Shown here: in pieces, positions 36,987 to 46,375 of the stretch
Numbering within the stretch: position 1 is the first letter of the stretch
Layout: the number at the start of each line of letters is the position of its first letter
Source: an uncultured Dehalococcoidia bacterium
GTDB taxonomy: Bacteria; Chloroflexota; Dehalococcoidia; Lucifugimonadales; UBA3495
Assembly: GCA_964347975.1 (NCBI GenBank)
Contig: CAYGAY010000008.1
Coordinates: 35,283 to 99,282, forward strand
Reading direction: 5' to 3'
DNA: 64,000 bases
Notes under the pieces: model-generated
Databases searched by the model: none
Told to the model about the DNA's origin: nothing
Seen by the model: the letters and a program-made list of their open reading frames with translations, nothing else
Position numbers and translations under genes: made by a program

Positions 36987-37014
36987 TTGACACCGAGATC
37001 CTTTATGCTATCAT
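36987..37014 (+). promoter_or_regulatory. Promoter of the Fur-family/metal-uptake operon
   Basis: TTGACA, N16, TATCAT. The -10 region shares the block CCTTTATGCTATCATTA with the cox promoter (42881). Confidence 0.45.
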
Positions 37015-37052
37015 TAGTTTCCGCAAATTACTGCAATAAGGGCGGGGCGCTT

Positions 37053-37484
37053 ATGTCTGGACACGAATCGGCAGTTACCCGTTTGCGCTCGCAGGGTTAT
37101 CGAATGACCCCGCAGCGTCTCTCAGTGCTGGATATCGTCGCCGGGCGCACCGGCCACATCGGCGCCGACGAGGTCTGGAACCTGGCCAAGGCACAGCATC
37201 CCTACGTTGACCTGGCAACCATCTACCGCACCCTGCAACTCCTGAAACGCCTGGGCGTCGTGACCGAGGTGGTCATTGGCAACAAACTCCATTTCGAACT
37301 GGCCGACCAGCACAACCGGCACAACCACATGGTCTGCTCGGAGTGCGATGCGGTGCAAACTCTCAGCCCGGACTACCTGGCTGAGTTCAGTCATCGTCTG
37401 GAGCAGGAGTTTGGATTCACGCCCGACCTGGACAACCTCACCATCGGCGGGAAATGCTCCAAGTGCCTGGAGGCCGTCGCTTAA
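37053..37484 (+). CDS. Fur-family transcriptional regulator (Zur-like by context)
   Basis: YRMTPQRLSVLDIV...ATIYRTLQLLKRLGVV...HNHMVCSECD...GKCSKC (two CxxC pairs). Confidence 0.85.
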   Translation: MSGHESAVTRLRSQGYRMTPQRLSVLDIVAGRTGHIGADEVWNLAKAQHPYVDLATIYRTLQLLKRLGVVTEVVIGNKLHFELADQHNRHNHMVCSECDAVQTLSPDYLAEFSHRLEQEFGFTPDLDNLTIGGKCSKCLEAVA

Positions 37485-38572
37485 TGGATGATACATCTCG
37501 GACCAACCGCTCATCCCGGGGCCTGATCGATTTGCGTAAAGCCATCGCCGTTCTGACGGCGTTTGCCGCCATCATGGCGTCGTTCGCCTGCGCCAACGAG
37601 CCGGAAACTGCCGCGTCGGTCGCCCCGGCATCGGAGCCTCAATCCGTTTCCTCCGACTCCCGGCTCAATGTTGCGGCTACCGTGTCACCCATCACGAGCA
37701 TCGTGGAAAACATCGGCGGCGACCGCATAAATCTCACAGGGATTGTGCCCGAGGGGGTGAACTCCCATACTTTCGAACCCGCGCCATCGGTAGCCGCTAC
37801 CCTGGCCGAGGTGGACCTGGTAATTCTCAACGGACTGTTCCTGGAAGAACCAACCCTTGAATTGGCGCAAGCCAACGTGAAACCGGGAGCCTCGATCATA
37901 AGCCTGGGCGAACAGACCATCACCCGCGACCAATGGCGGTTCGATTTCTCTTTCCCTGAAGCAGCCGGCCATCCCAACCCGCACCTCTGGCCCGACCCGA
38001 TACTGGCCCTGCGCTACGCCGAAATCGTGCGGGACACCCTGGCGGCCAAGGACGCCGCCAACGCGGACAATTATTCCGCCAACTACGATACCTTCGCGAC
38101 CCGGATTTCTGCGCTTGATCAAGCCATAAAGACCGCCGTGGCGACCATCCCTGCGGAGCATCGCAAGCTGTTGACTTATCACGATTCCTGGGCTTATTTC
38201 GCCGACCGCTACGGTCTTACCGTTATCGGCGCGGTACAGCCTTCTGACTTTTCCGAACCGTCGGCCCGCGAGGTGGCCGATTTGATAAGCCAGATCAAAG
38301 TCAAAGGCATCCCGGCCGTTTTCGGCTCCGACGAATTTCCCAGTGATGTAATGCAGACCATCGCCGCCGAGTCCGGAGCCGCATATATCGACGAGCTCAG
38401 CGACGACGACCTGCCCGGCGCGCCGGGGGACCCCGGACACAGTTACCTGGGATTGGCGGTATCCAACCTCCGGATTATGATTCCCGCTCTGGGCGGCGAT
38501 GCGTCGGCCCTTGATCAGGTTGACGTTTCCCCGGTATTTCAGGGCGTATCCAACGCCGTATATCCACAGTGA
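37484..38572 (+). CDS. Metal ABC transporter substrate-binding lipoprotein (ZnuA/TroA cluster-9 type)
   Basis: Signal peptide plus MASFAC lipobox. NSHTFEP and HPNPHLW motifs. Start overlaps the regulator stop (TAATG). Confidence 0.85.
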   Translation: MDDTSRTNRSSRGLIDLRKAIAVLTAFAAIMASFACANEPETAASVAPASEPQSVSSDSRLNVAATVSPITSIVENIGGDRINLTGIVPEGVNSHTFEPAPSVAATLAEVDLVILNGLFLEEPTLELAQANVKPGASIISLGEQTITRDQWRFDFSFPEAAGHPNPHLWPDPILALRYAEIVRDTLAAKDAANADNYSANYDTFATRISALDQAIKTAVATIPAEHRKLLTYHDSWAYFADRYGLTVIGAVQPSDFSEPSAREVADLISQIKVKGIPAVFGSDEFPSDVMQTIAAESGAAYIDELSDDDLPGAPGDPGHSYLGLAVSNLRIMIPALGGDASALDQVDVSPVFQGVSNAVYPQ

Positions 38573-38574
38573 TT

Positions 38575-38620
38575 TCACCCTCACCCTCACCCTGACCCTC
38601 TCTCATCGAGGGAGAGGGGA
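38575..38620. repeat. REP hairpin (CACCCTCACCCTCACCCTGACCCTCTCTCATCGAGGGAGAGGGGA)
   Basis: CCCTCTC / GAGAGGG stem preceded by CACCCT repeats. Intergenic inside the operon. Confidence 0.5.
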
Positions 38621-38631
38621 TAGCAAGTTTT

Positions 38632-39576
38632 ATGCTGCACCCACCGGAATTAGAACACCTGCACCGCCCCGACCCGGATGCACAGCCCATCGTGGAACTG
38701 TCGGACGTTACCGCCGGATATAACGGCTCGCCGGTCCTCCGGGATGTTGACCTGCGAATAATGCCCGGGGATTTCGTCGGCCTGCTTGGTCCCAGCGGTT
38801 CGGGCAAGACCACGTTGCTGCGAAGCATATTAGGCGCCGTTCGTGTCCAGAGCGGCCGGGTTCGCGTGAACGGCAAAGCCGTGGGCAGGAGAGGCAGCCG
38901 AGCAGGATACGTTCCCCAATTGGAAACCATCGACTGGAACTTCCCCGTGACCGTCGAGGAAGCGATTTTGATGGGCCGCACCATGTCGAACAGCCTGTTT
39001 CCCTGGTACCGCAAACAGGAAAAGGAACTGGCTTATGACATGATGGAACGGTTGAGCATCGGCCACTTGGCAAAACGGCATATCCGGCAACTGTCGGGCG
39101 GGCAGCAGCAGCGGGTCTTCCTGGCCCGGGCGCTGGTAAGCAATCCCCAACTCTTGCTTCTGGATGAACCCACCGCCGGAGTGGATGTCAAAACGCGCGA
39201 CGACGTAATGCACTTGCTCCACGATCTCAACCACGCCGGAGTCACCATCCTCATCTCCACCCACCAGATAAATACTGTGGCGGTGCATTTGCCCCGGATC
39301 GTTTGCCTGAACGGTACCATAGTGGCCGACGGTCCGCCCCATCGCGTCATCTCACCGCACATTTTGCGGGAGTTGTACGGGTCGGAAATGCCGGTAATCC
39401 AGTATCACGGCATGACGCTGGTCGCCGAAAGCGCGCATTTCTGGATCGATCGCAACGGCGGTGAACCCCTCTCCACCGTCCCCGACGAGAGTCACCGGGA
39501 ACCGGTGCTTCCCCACGTTCACGCGTCTCAGGACAACGTGCCGGCCCACCACCATCATGACGACGTGGGTTCGTGA
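38632..39576 (+). CDS. Metal ABC transporter ATP-binding protein with His-rich C-terminal extension
   Basis: GPSGSGKTTLL (Walker A), LSGGQQQR (signature), LLLLDEP (Walker B). Tail ...HVHASQDNVPAHHHHDDVGS. Confidence 0.88.
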   Translation: MLHPPELEHLHRPDPDAQPIVELSDVTAGYNGSPVLRDVDLRIMPGDFVGLLGPSGSGKTTLLRSILGAVRVQSGRVRVNGKAVGRRGSRAGYVPQLETIDWNFPVTVEEAILMGRTMSNSLFPWYRKQEKELAYDMMERLSIGHLAKRHIRQLSGGQQQRVFLARALVSNPQLLLLDEPTAGVDVKTRDDVMHLLHDLNHAGVTILISTHQINTVAVHLPRIVCLNGTIVADGPPHRVISPHILRELYGSEMPVIQYHGMTLVAESAHFWIDRNGGEPLSTVPDESHREPVLPHVHASQDNVPAHHHHDDVGS

Positions 39577-39616
39577 CCCATCGCCGCGGCAACGCTGTGC
39601 CGCGACTTGACCGCCC

Positions 39617-40486
39617 ATGCTCCTGGAACCATTTGAATTCGGTTTTTTCGTCCGCGCCATCATCGCGGCCGGGCTGGTGGGAGGTTTGTGCGGGCTGATG
39701 GGCGTGTACATCGTGCTCCGCGGTATGTCCTACATCGGACACGGACTGGCCCACGCCATATTCGGAGGCGCAGTAGTAAGTTGGGTTATGTCCATAAACT
39801 TCTTCGTCGGCGCCACCGTATGGGGATTTCTTTCCGCGCTCCTGATTGCGTGGACGACCCGGCGAAATCCCATCGGATCCGACGCGGCCATCGGCATCGT
39901 GACCACCGGAAGCTTCGCCCTGGGCATCGCCATCATCAGCCGGTTCGGCAGCTTTACCAGAGACTTCGAAGCATCCCTGTGGGGAAGTGTCCTGGCGGTG
40001 GATCGGGATGATCTTATCGCCATTGCGGTTGTCACCGGCATCGTGGCAACGGTCTTTTTCGTCGCGTACAAACTCTTCCTCTTTGCCGCCTTTGACTCCG
40101 ACGTGGCTCAATTCTACGGAGTGCCGACCGCATGGGTCGATACCCTGTTCTCGTTGCTTTTGGCGGGAACCATCGTGGTTTCCATGCAGGTGATTGGGGT
40201 TACGATGATTGCCGCGGCCGTCGTGATCCCTCCCATAATCGCCAGATTGCTCACCAACAGTTTCGGAAAAATGACGTTGCTGTCGGTGGGGATAGGTATA
40301 ATGTGCGCCGTGCTGGGCATCTATATCAGCTACTTCATTGACGTGTCGTCCGGGGCCAGCGTCGTGCTGCTGTCGGCGGCGTTGTTCGTGGCGACGCTGG
40401 CGTGGTCAAAGGTCCGCACACGCATAACTCGAGCGCCGGTCGAAGCCGGAGGCTTGTCACAGTTGCCTCGCGGCTCGCTCGAATAA
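39617..40486 (+). CDS. Metal ABC transporter permease (ZnuB/TroCD type)
   Basis: 289 aa with 8-9 TM helices. MSYIGHGLAHAIFGG motif. Confidence 0.85.
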   Translation: MLLEPFEFGFFVRAIIAAGLVGGLCGLMGVYIVLRGMSYIGHGLAHAIFGGAVVSWVMSINFFVGATVWGFLSALLIAWTTRRNPIGSDAAIGIVTTGSFALGIAIISRFGSFTRDFEASLWGSVLAVDRDDLIAIAVVTGIVATVFFVAYKLFLFAAFDSDVAQFYGVPTAWVDTLFSLLLAGTIVVSMQVIGVTMIAAAVVIPPIIARLLTNSFGKMTLLSVGIGIMCAVLGIYISYFIDVSSGASVVLLSAALFVATLAWSKVRTRITRAPVEAGGLSQLPRGSLE

Positions 40487-40518
40487 CCTCCACTTTTCAC
40501 AGGCCACAGGAGGAAACT

Positions 40519-42009
40519 ATGGCGCATGCACATCACCATCACGCAGCGCCCTCGGTGGTAGAGGGCCGAACCGGATTCCGGCGGGGAGCGGCCTTCATCA
40601 TCGGGGGCCTGTCCAGCGGGCACGGCGTTTTTCACTCCATTGCGCAAAGCTTCATCGTGGTGCTGCCCGAGGTTCGCGATTTGCTCCTGGGCGGGAGCGT
40701 GATTGCCGTCAACAGCATTCAATCCGCCCGTGAAATCGCATCCGGCGTGGTAGCCCTCCCCGGCGGCGTACTGACTGACGCTCTGCGACGCTATTGGGGT
40801 TGGGTCATGGCCGTGTGCATGGCTCTGTTCGGGGTGGGCTGGCTGCTGATGGCGGCGGCCGGGTGGCAAGTGCCGGGCAGCGGCTGGGTAGCGCCGCCAC
40901 CGTCGGCGGTCGCGGCGGGAGCAGCCGCGCCTTTCAATCCCCTGGGCTATACCCTGCTGATAATAGGCATGTCCGTAGTCGCCATCGCGGCGTCGGTGTG
41001 GCATCTGCCGGCCATGGCGGCCCTGTCATCCCATTTCACTCACCGACGCGGCGCGGTGCTGTCTTTCCACGGCGTGGGCGGCAACATCGGGGACGTGCTG
41101 GGGCCGGTGATTACCGGCGCTCTGCTGGCAGTCCTGGCCTGGCAGGCAATCATCACCATCTACGCGGCCGTGCCCATCTTTCTGGCGTTCCTGGTGTTCT
41201 GGGCGTTCCGCGACATTGGACAGCGGGCGCAAGCGGCGGTGGAAGAACGGGCCGTCAGCACCATGCGGATGCAGATTGACGAAACCAAATTGCTGGTGCG
41301 CAATCCCCGGGTCTGGGGGATTACGGCGGTAGCCGGGCTGCGGGGCATGGCATACCTCGGGTTCCTGGTGATGCTGCCCCAGTACCTGGTTGACGAACTG
41401 GGCTTTACCATCACGGAACACCGCAGTTTTGAAAACCTCTTCATCCGCGGCTCTCTCATCGGCTTGCTGGTGCTGGTGGGAATCCTGGCTAGTCCAATCA
41501 TGGGCTACCTGTCCGACCGGTTCGGACGGAAGATAGTTCTGATTCCGGGAATGCTTTTCCTGGCTATCGTAACCCTTATGATGGCGCCCCTCATCAGTGG
41601 CCCGGAAGACCGCATCGTGATGACCATATTGCTCGCCGCCCTGGGGTTGTTCCTGTTCAGCGACCAGCCCATCCTGACCGCCGCCGCCATGGACATCGTT
41701 CGCGAGGGGACGGCAGCAACCACGCTGGGACTGCTTTCAACCTCCCGGTTCATACTGGCCGCCGCGTCTCCACTCATCGCCGGCTGGCTGTACGGAATCA
41801 ACTTTGATTACCTGTTCTACTACACGGCGGCGCTGTACCTGGTCGCGGCCCTCATCCTGGCAGTGGTCCGGCTGCCGCAACTGGCTCCGGTTGACGATCA
41901 TCATGGTCACCACGACGATCACGGACACGGCGGGCACGGACACCATGACGACCAAGGCCACGGCCATAGCGGACATGGTCACGGCGAGCACGGCCATCGG
42001 CATCACTAA
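40519..42009 (+). CDS. MFS transporter with His-rich N- and C-termini
   Basis: MAHAHHHH... then 12 or more TM helices. C-terminal tail DDHHGHHDDHGHGGHGHHDDQGHGHSGHGHGEHGHRHH. SD AGGAGG. 32-nt gap after the permease gene and no terminator. Confidence 0.8.
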   Translation: MAHAHHHHAAPSVVEGRTGFRRGAAFIIGGLSSGHGVFHSIAQSFIVVLPEVRDLLLGGSVIAVNSIQSAREIASGVVALPGGVLTDALRRYWGWVMAVCMALFGVGWLLMAAAGWQVPGSGWVAPPPSAVAAGAAAPFNPLGYTLLIIGMSVVAIAASVWHLPAMAALSSHFTHRRGAVLSFHGVGGNIGDVLGPVITGALLAVLAWQAIITIYAAVPIFLAFLVFWAFRDIGQRAQAAVEERAVSTMRMQIDETKLLVRNPRVWGITAVAGLRGMAYLGFLVMLPQYLVDELGFTITEHRSFENLFIRGSLIGLLVLVGILASPIMGYLSDRFGRKIVLIPGMLFLAIVTLMMAPLISGPEDRIVMTILLAALGLFLFSDQPILTAAAMDIVREGTAATTLGLLSTSRFILAAASPLIAGWLYGINFDYLFYYTAALYLVAALILAVVRLPQLAPVDDHHGHHDDHGHGGHGHHDDQGHGHSGHGHGEHGHRHH

Positions 42010-42036
42010 ACACCGGTATGTTCGGCAGTCAAAGAT

Positions 42037-42065
42037 GTAGGGGCGGGTTTGAAACCCGCCCCTAC
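42037..42065. repeat. REP-type hairpin GTAGGGGCGGGTTTGAAACCCGCCCCTAC (operon end / convergent terminator)
   Basis: Second copy of the 11381 element. Lies between the MFS (+) and cupin (-) genes. Confidence 0.6.
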
Positions 42066-42089
42066 CCCTTTCGGACGCCAGCGATGGAA

Positions 42090-42458
42090 TCAGTCTTCGT
42101 TTTGCTGCGTCTGGCTGCCCTTGACCGTGATGGTGATATGGGACATCGCGGTTTCCCGGGAACCGTGCCAATGGTCTTCGCCGGCGGGAATGATGGCGAC
42201 GTCGCCTTCCGTGACCGTCACTTCCTCATCGCGGGTGGCGACGATGCCGGCGCCCTCGGTGACGATCAGGATCTGATCGCCGCTGTGGGTGTGGAACTTG
42301 TTGCGGACGCCGGCGCCGAAGTGAACGATGCCGAAGTTGAAGTTGTTGCTGTCGTCGGGATCCAGGATGGCCTGCCGACCCACGGGCCCGGTGAACAGGG
42401 GCGCGGTTCCTTCGGTCCTCTCCACTGCCGACATTTTCACGACTTTCATGGGTATCAC
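42090..42458 (-). CDS. Cupin-domain protein
   Basis: G.....HTH..DQILIV.EG...........GDV..IP.GE.HWHG, the two-motif cupin signature. Confidence 0.8.
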   Translation of the reverse strand: MIPMKVVKMSAVERTEGTAPLFTGPVGRQAILDPDDSNNFNFGIVHFGAGVRNKFHTHSGDQILIVTEGAGIVATRDEEVTVTEGDVAIIPAGEDHWHGSRETAMSHITITVKGSQTQQNED

Positions 42459-42654
42459 TTACCTCCGGGGTTGTTTGCGCGTAGGAATGCCAAAGCAATC
42501 ATACCCTGCGCCGCTTATGTCGTCTAGCCGGGTTGTGGGACCGGAGCCGCGGGACGATGGCGCAGCCCGCAGCCGCAGGGTGTGCGCCAGTTTTTAGACA
42601 GAGGAAATAAGGCTACCCTAGGAGGTCCATTACTTAGAGACCAACCGGCGCCGG

Positions 42655-42810
42655 ATGCGTTATGCTGAATTCCGTGCCCGGGGCTACCCCATGGGCAGTG
42701 GCACGGCGGAGAGCGCCTGCAAGCGGGTAATCGCGGCGCGGCTCAGGCAGCGCTCAATTTGCGAACCCACCTGCTCAGTGGTCGCGGGGACGCCGTCTGG
42801 CCCCTCACCC
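42655..42810 (+). pseudogene. ISKra4/ISLre2-like transposase C-terminal remnant
   Basis: MRYAEFRARGYPMGSGTAESACKRVIAARLRQ, then in another frame ALNLRTHLLSGRGDAVW. No catalytic core is present. Confidence 0.55.
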
Positions 42811-42865
42811 ATCCCCAACCCAGTCCTGCCTAAATCTTGGCGCGCACCCGGACGCCGCCGGCAAA

Positions 42866-42894
42866 TTGACAGCAATAGACCCTTATGCTATCGT
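42866..42894 (+). promoter_or_regulatory. Promoter of the cytochrome oxidase operon
   Basis: TTGACA, N17, TATCGT. Confidence 0.45.
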
Positions 42895-42960
42895 TACCAT
42901 TGTTAGTGAAATTTTGCACACACTTCGGCTACGGTCAGTCGGAGTATCCGGGGGTTCACA

Positions 42961-44343
42961 ATGGGGCTGCCGCCCTTCTCTGCGGAAGACTCACCTACCA
43001 GATCCAGAAAGGGCCATGGCCCCAGACCATACGGTGATACTCCAGTGAACTCTACTCCCGACTCCCCCACACGCCGGCGCAGCCGGTGGCTTCTGGCGAT
43101 TTTGCCGATTTTCGGGGTGTTGCTGCTGGCCGCCGTTGGGTGCGACTCCGACGCTCACCAGTCCATTCTTGCGCCTACTCCATGGTCACTCGAAGGCGCC
43201 AAAGGCCCGGTAGCGCGCGAGCAACTGTTGCTCTTCAACGTGCTGCTGTGGACGATGGTAATCGTGTTCGTCCTGGTTGAGGGCGCGTTGCTGTACGCCG
43301 CCATCCGCTTCCGGCGCAAGCCCGGCGACCCGCTGCCTCCGCAAACCCATGGCCACACCCCGTTGGAGATCGCCTGGACCGTCGTCCCTACCATCCTCAT
43401 CCTGGGTTTGGGCGTCTGGTCGGTGATTGTCCTCTTCAAAATGGAACCGGGCGAGGCGATAAGGCTGGCCCGTGCGGAAGGAAAAGAGCCCGTGGTCGTG
43501 GAGGCGGTGGGGCACCAGTGGTGGTGGGAGTTCCGTTATGAGGATGCCTTGCCCGGACAAGGACAATGCAGCATGCCCGGTGAAGAGGGGTGCGAGTTGG
43601 TCACCACCGCCAACGAAATGCGGGTTCCGGTCAACACGCCCATCATCATGGAGCTCAAGAGCGACGACGTGATTCACAGCTTCTGGATCCCCAAGTTGGC
43701 CGGCAAACAGGACGTGGTTCCCACTCGCACCAACAGTTTGTGGTTCCTGGCTGAAGAATCAGGGATGTACTATGGCCAATGCGCCGAGTTCTGCGGCACG
43801 GCCCACGCGCAGATGAAGTTCCGGGTGCACGTTCTCGAGGAGAACGATTACCAGGCCTGGGTCAACGGTTGGGGTGGCGAGTTGGCGGAACCCCTGTCCA
43901 CGGAAGCCACCCGAGGCCAGTTGGTTTTCCTGGGTGACGGTCAGTGCGTTACCTGCCACACCGTTGGCGCGGCGGATACCGTGAACCCGGAGACCGGCGA
44001 AGGCGTCCAGCACGCGCGGATGCAGACTTACATCGCCTACACCCAGTGGCTGGACAAACCGGCGGAAGAACGTCTGTCGGATGTGCGAACCGGCAACGAA
44101 CCGCCCACCGCTTTCGCTGCCCCCAATCTCACTGATCTGGGCGCTCGGACCACAATTGGCTCCGGCCTGGTCGATCTCAACCGGGAAACTCTGCGCCAGT
44201 GGATCCGTGACCCCGAGTCGATCAAGCAGGGCAATCGAATGTCGGAACTGGCCGCCATCTACCAGACGCGCCGAGATCACCGGGCCGACCTTACCGAAGC
44301 GGAACTTGGCGACCTGGTTGAATACCTGATGGCGCAGAAGTAG
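42961..44343 (+). CDS. ctaC: Cytochrome c oxidase subunit II fused to a C-terminal cytochrome c domain (caa3 type)
   Basis: DVIHSFWIPKLAGKQD and the CuA site CAEFCGTAHAQM. C-terminal CVTCH haem-c motif. The N-terminal start is uncertain (alt. GTG 43045). Confidence 0.88.
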   Translation: MGLPPFSAEDSPTRSRKGHGPRPYGDTPVNSTPDSPTRRRSRWLLAILPIFGVLLLAAVGCDSDAHQSILAPTPWSLEGAKGPVAREQLLLFNVLLWTMVIVFVLVEGALLYAAIRFRRKPGDPLPPQTHGHTPLEIAWTVVPTILILGLGVWSVIVLFKMEPGEAIRLARAEGKEPVVVEAVGHQWWWEFRYEDALPGQGQCSMPGEEGCELVTTANEMRVPVNTPIIMELKSDDVIHSFWIPKLAGKQDVVPTRTNSLWFLAEESGMYYGQCAEFCGTAHAQMKFRVHVLEENDYQAWVNGWGGELAEPLSTEATRGQLVFLGDGQCVTCHTVGAADTVNPETGEGVQHARMQTYIAYTQWLDKPAEERLSDVRTGNEPPTAFAAPNLTDLGARTTIGSGLVDLNRETLRQWIRDPESIKQGNRMSELAAIYQTRRDHRADLTEAELGDLVEYLMAQK

Positions 44344-44352
44344 CGCCGGAAC

Positions 44353-44384
44353 GGGATTGCCACGTTGCGCTCGCAATGACAAAC
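44353..44384 (-). repeat. Partial copy (one end) of the MITE-like repeat
   Basis: GGGATTGCCACGTTGCGCTCGCAATGACAAAC matches the GCAATCTCG...GTCATTGCGAGCG module of M1-M3. Confidence 0.55.
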
Positions 44385-44447
44385 TATAGACCCATCGCCG
44401 CTAACGCATAGCCAATATCACTCGAGCCGCAGCGGAGGATCTGAACC

Positions 44448-46322
44448 ATGGTAACTATCACTGGCGTTATACCCCGCCCCACCACTTACACTGGCCTGTG
44501 GAGCTGGTTGACCACGGTTGACCATAAGCGCATCGGGGCGTTGTACGGTTTCTCCGCCTTCTTCTTATTCATTGTGGGGGGCATTGAAGCCGGCATCATG
44601 CGCTGGCAGCTGGCTACCGCCGAGAACACGGCGGTGTCCGCCGACTGGTTCAACGCCATGTTCACCATGCACGGCACCACCATGGTCTTCATGGTGATCA
44701 TGCCATTCGGCGCGACGTTCTTTAACTTCCTGGTGCCGCTGATGATCGGCGCCCGCGACGTGGCATTTCCCCGCCTCAACGCCTTTTCCTACTGGACGTT
44801 CCTCTTCGGCGCACTACTGATGCACGCCGGCTTTCTCATCGGCCAGGTTCCCGACGCCGGCTGGTTCTCCTACGCCAACCTGACCGCCGCGCCTTTCAGC
44901 GAAGGCAAGGGCCTGGACTTCTGGGCGCTGAGTTTGCAGGTTCTAGGAATAGCCTCATTGGCCGCCGGTTTCAACTTCGTCGTTACCATCATCAATATGC
45001 GAGCCCCGGGAATGTCGCTGATGCGGATGCCGGTGTTCATATGGATGACGCTGGTCACCAGCATCCTGCTGGTGTTGGCCTTCCCCATCCTCACCGTAGC
45101 GCTCATCGCGCTGACCGCTGACCGCCAGTTCGGGGCCAACTTCTTCAACACCGCCGCCGGCGGCGACCCCATCCTCTGGCAGCACCTGTTCTGGCTCTTT
45201 GGGCATCCTGAGGTGTACATCCTCATCTTGCCCGCCATGGGCGTTGTGTCCGAGATCATCCCCACCTTCAGCCGCAAGCCCTTGTTCGGTTACCCGGTGG
45301 TGGTGTTCTCCGGCATCGTCATCGCCATCATGAGCTGGGCGGTGTGGAGCCACCATATGTTCACGGTTGGCCTTGGTCCCATCGCCAACTCGGTGTTCAC
45401 CATCACCACCATGCTCATCGCCGTGCCCACCGGCGTCAAGATCTTCAATTGGGTGGGAACGATGTGGAACGGTTCCATTGACCTGAAGACGCCCATGCTC
45501 ATGGCCATCGGGTTCGTGGCGCTGTTCGTCGTGGGCGGACTGTCCGGCGTGTCCCACGCGGTGTCGCCCTCCGACTTCCAGCAGCAGGACACCTACTACA
45601 TCGTCGCTCACATCCACTACGTGCTGTTTGGCGGCGCCATCTTCGGCATCTTCGCCGGCATCTATTACTGGTATCCCAAGATCACCGGCAAGATGTACCA
45701 CGAAACCCTGGGCAAAGCGCATTTCTGGCTGATGTTCGTGGGCATGAACCTGACATTCTTCCCCATGCACTACGCCGGCCTGAACGGTATGCCCCGCCGC
45801 ATTTATACCTACGCCGAGGGTTTCGGTTGGGAAGGCATGAACCTGCTGGCCACCATCGGCTACTTCGTCATCGTCATCAGCCTGCTGGTGTTCATCCACA
45901 ACTTCTTCTACAGCATCAAACGGGGCGAGCGGGCCGGACACGATCCCTGGGACGCGCCTACGCTGGAGTGGAGCATTTCCTCCCCGCCGCCGGCGTACAA
46001 TTTCGCTGAAATCCCTGTCGTGCGCGGCCAGGATGCGTACTGGATCACCAAGCGGGAAGCTGCCGCCCGGGGCGAGCCCATCACACAAGGGGAGGCGCAC
46101 GTTGACCCCAGCGCTATTCATATGCCCAGCCCGTCCTACTGGCCGCTGGTGGCGTCCTTCGGCGTGGCCTGGCTGGCCGGTGGGTTCCTGATCGACGTTG
46201 GCTGGGACTACATCCGGTTCCCGGTCGCCATCGTCGGCGGGCTCATCACCATCATCGGCGTGATCGGCTGGTCCAACGAACCGCCCACAGCAGAACACCA
46301 CGAAGCCGCTGGACACCACTGA
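44448..46322 (+). CDS. ctaD: Cytochrome c oxidase subunit I
   Basis: WLTTVDHKRIGALYG, GHPEVYILILP, and the HHMFTVG and VAHIHYVL His ligand motifs. Confidence 0.95.
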   Translation: MVTITGVIPRPTTYTGLWSWLTTVDHKRIGALYGFSAFFLFIVGGIEAGIMRWQLATAENTAVSADWFNAMFTMHGTTMVFMVIMPFGATFFNFLVPLMIGARDVAFPRLNAFSYWTFLFGALLMHAGFLIGQVPDAGWFSYANLTAAPFSEGKGLDFWALSLQVLGIASLAAGFNFVVTIINMRAPGMSLMRMPVFIWMTLVTSILLVLAFPILTVALIALTADRQFGANFFNTAAGGDPILWQHLFWLFGHPEVYILILPAMGVVSEIIPTFSRKPLFGYPVVVFSGIVIAIMSWAVWSHHMFTVGLGPIANSVFTITTMLIAVPTGVKIFNWVGTMWNGSIDLKTPMLMAIGFVALFVVGGLSGVSHAVSPSDFQQQDTYYIVAHIHYVLFGGAIFGIFAGIYYWYPKITGKMYHETLGKAHFWLMFVGMNLTFFPMHYAGLNGMPRRIYTYAEGFGWEGMNLLATIGYFVIVISLLVFIHNFFYSIKRGERAGHDPWDAPTLEWSISSPPPAYNFAEIPVVRGQDAYWITKREAAARGEPITQGEAHVDPSAIHMPSPSYWPLVASFGVAWLAGGFLIDVGWDYIRFPVAIVGGLITIIGVIGWSNEPPTAEHHEAAGHH

Positions 46323-46375
46323 TGGTAGTCGTCCACGCCCACCAATAGTCATCAGCAAAAGTCAGGAGTAGCGCG

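Noticed and set aside
42800-42865. Possible sixth, degenerate copy of the 30-nt IS end (CCTAAATCTTGGCGCGCACCC) after the ISKra4-like remnant
   Set aside because: Only the CCTAAAT core and scattered bases match. The adjacent transposase tail differs from that of the 6016 element. The similarity is too weak to call by eye.
44955-46358. 467-aa minus-strand ORF
   Set aside because: Antisense shadow of cytochrome oxidase subunit I. It is His/Asp/Gly-rich junk.
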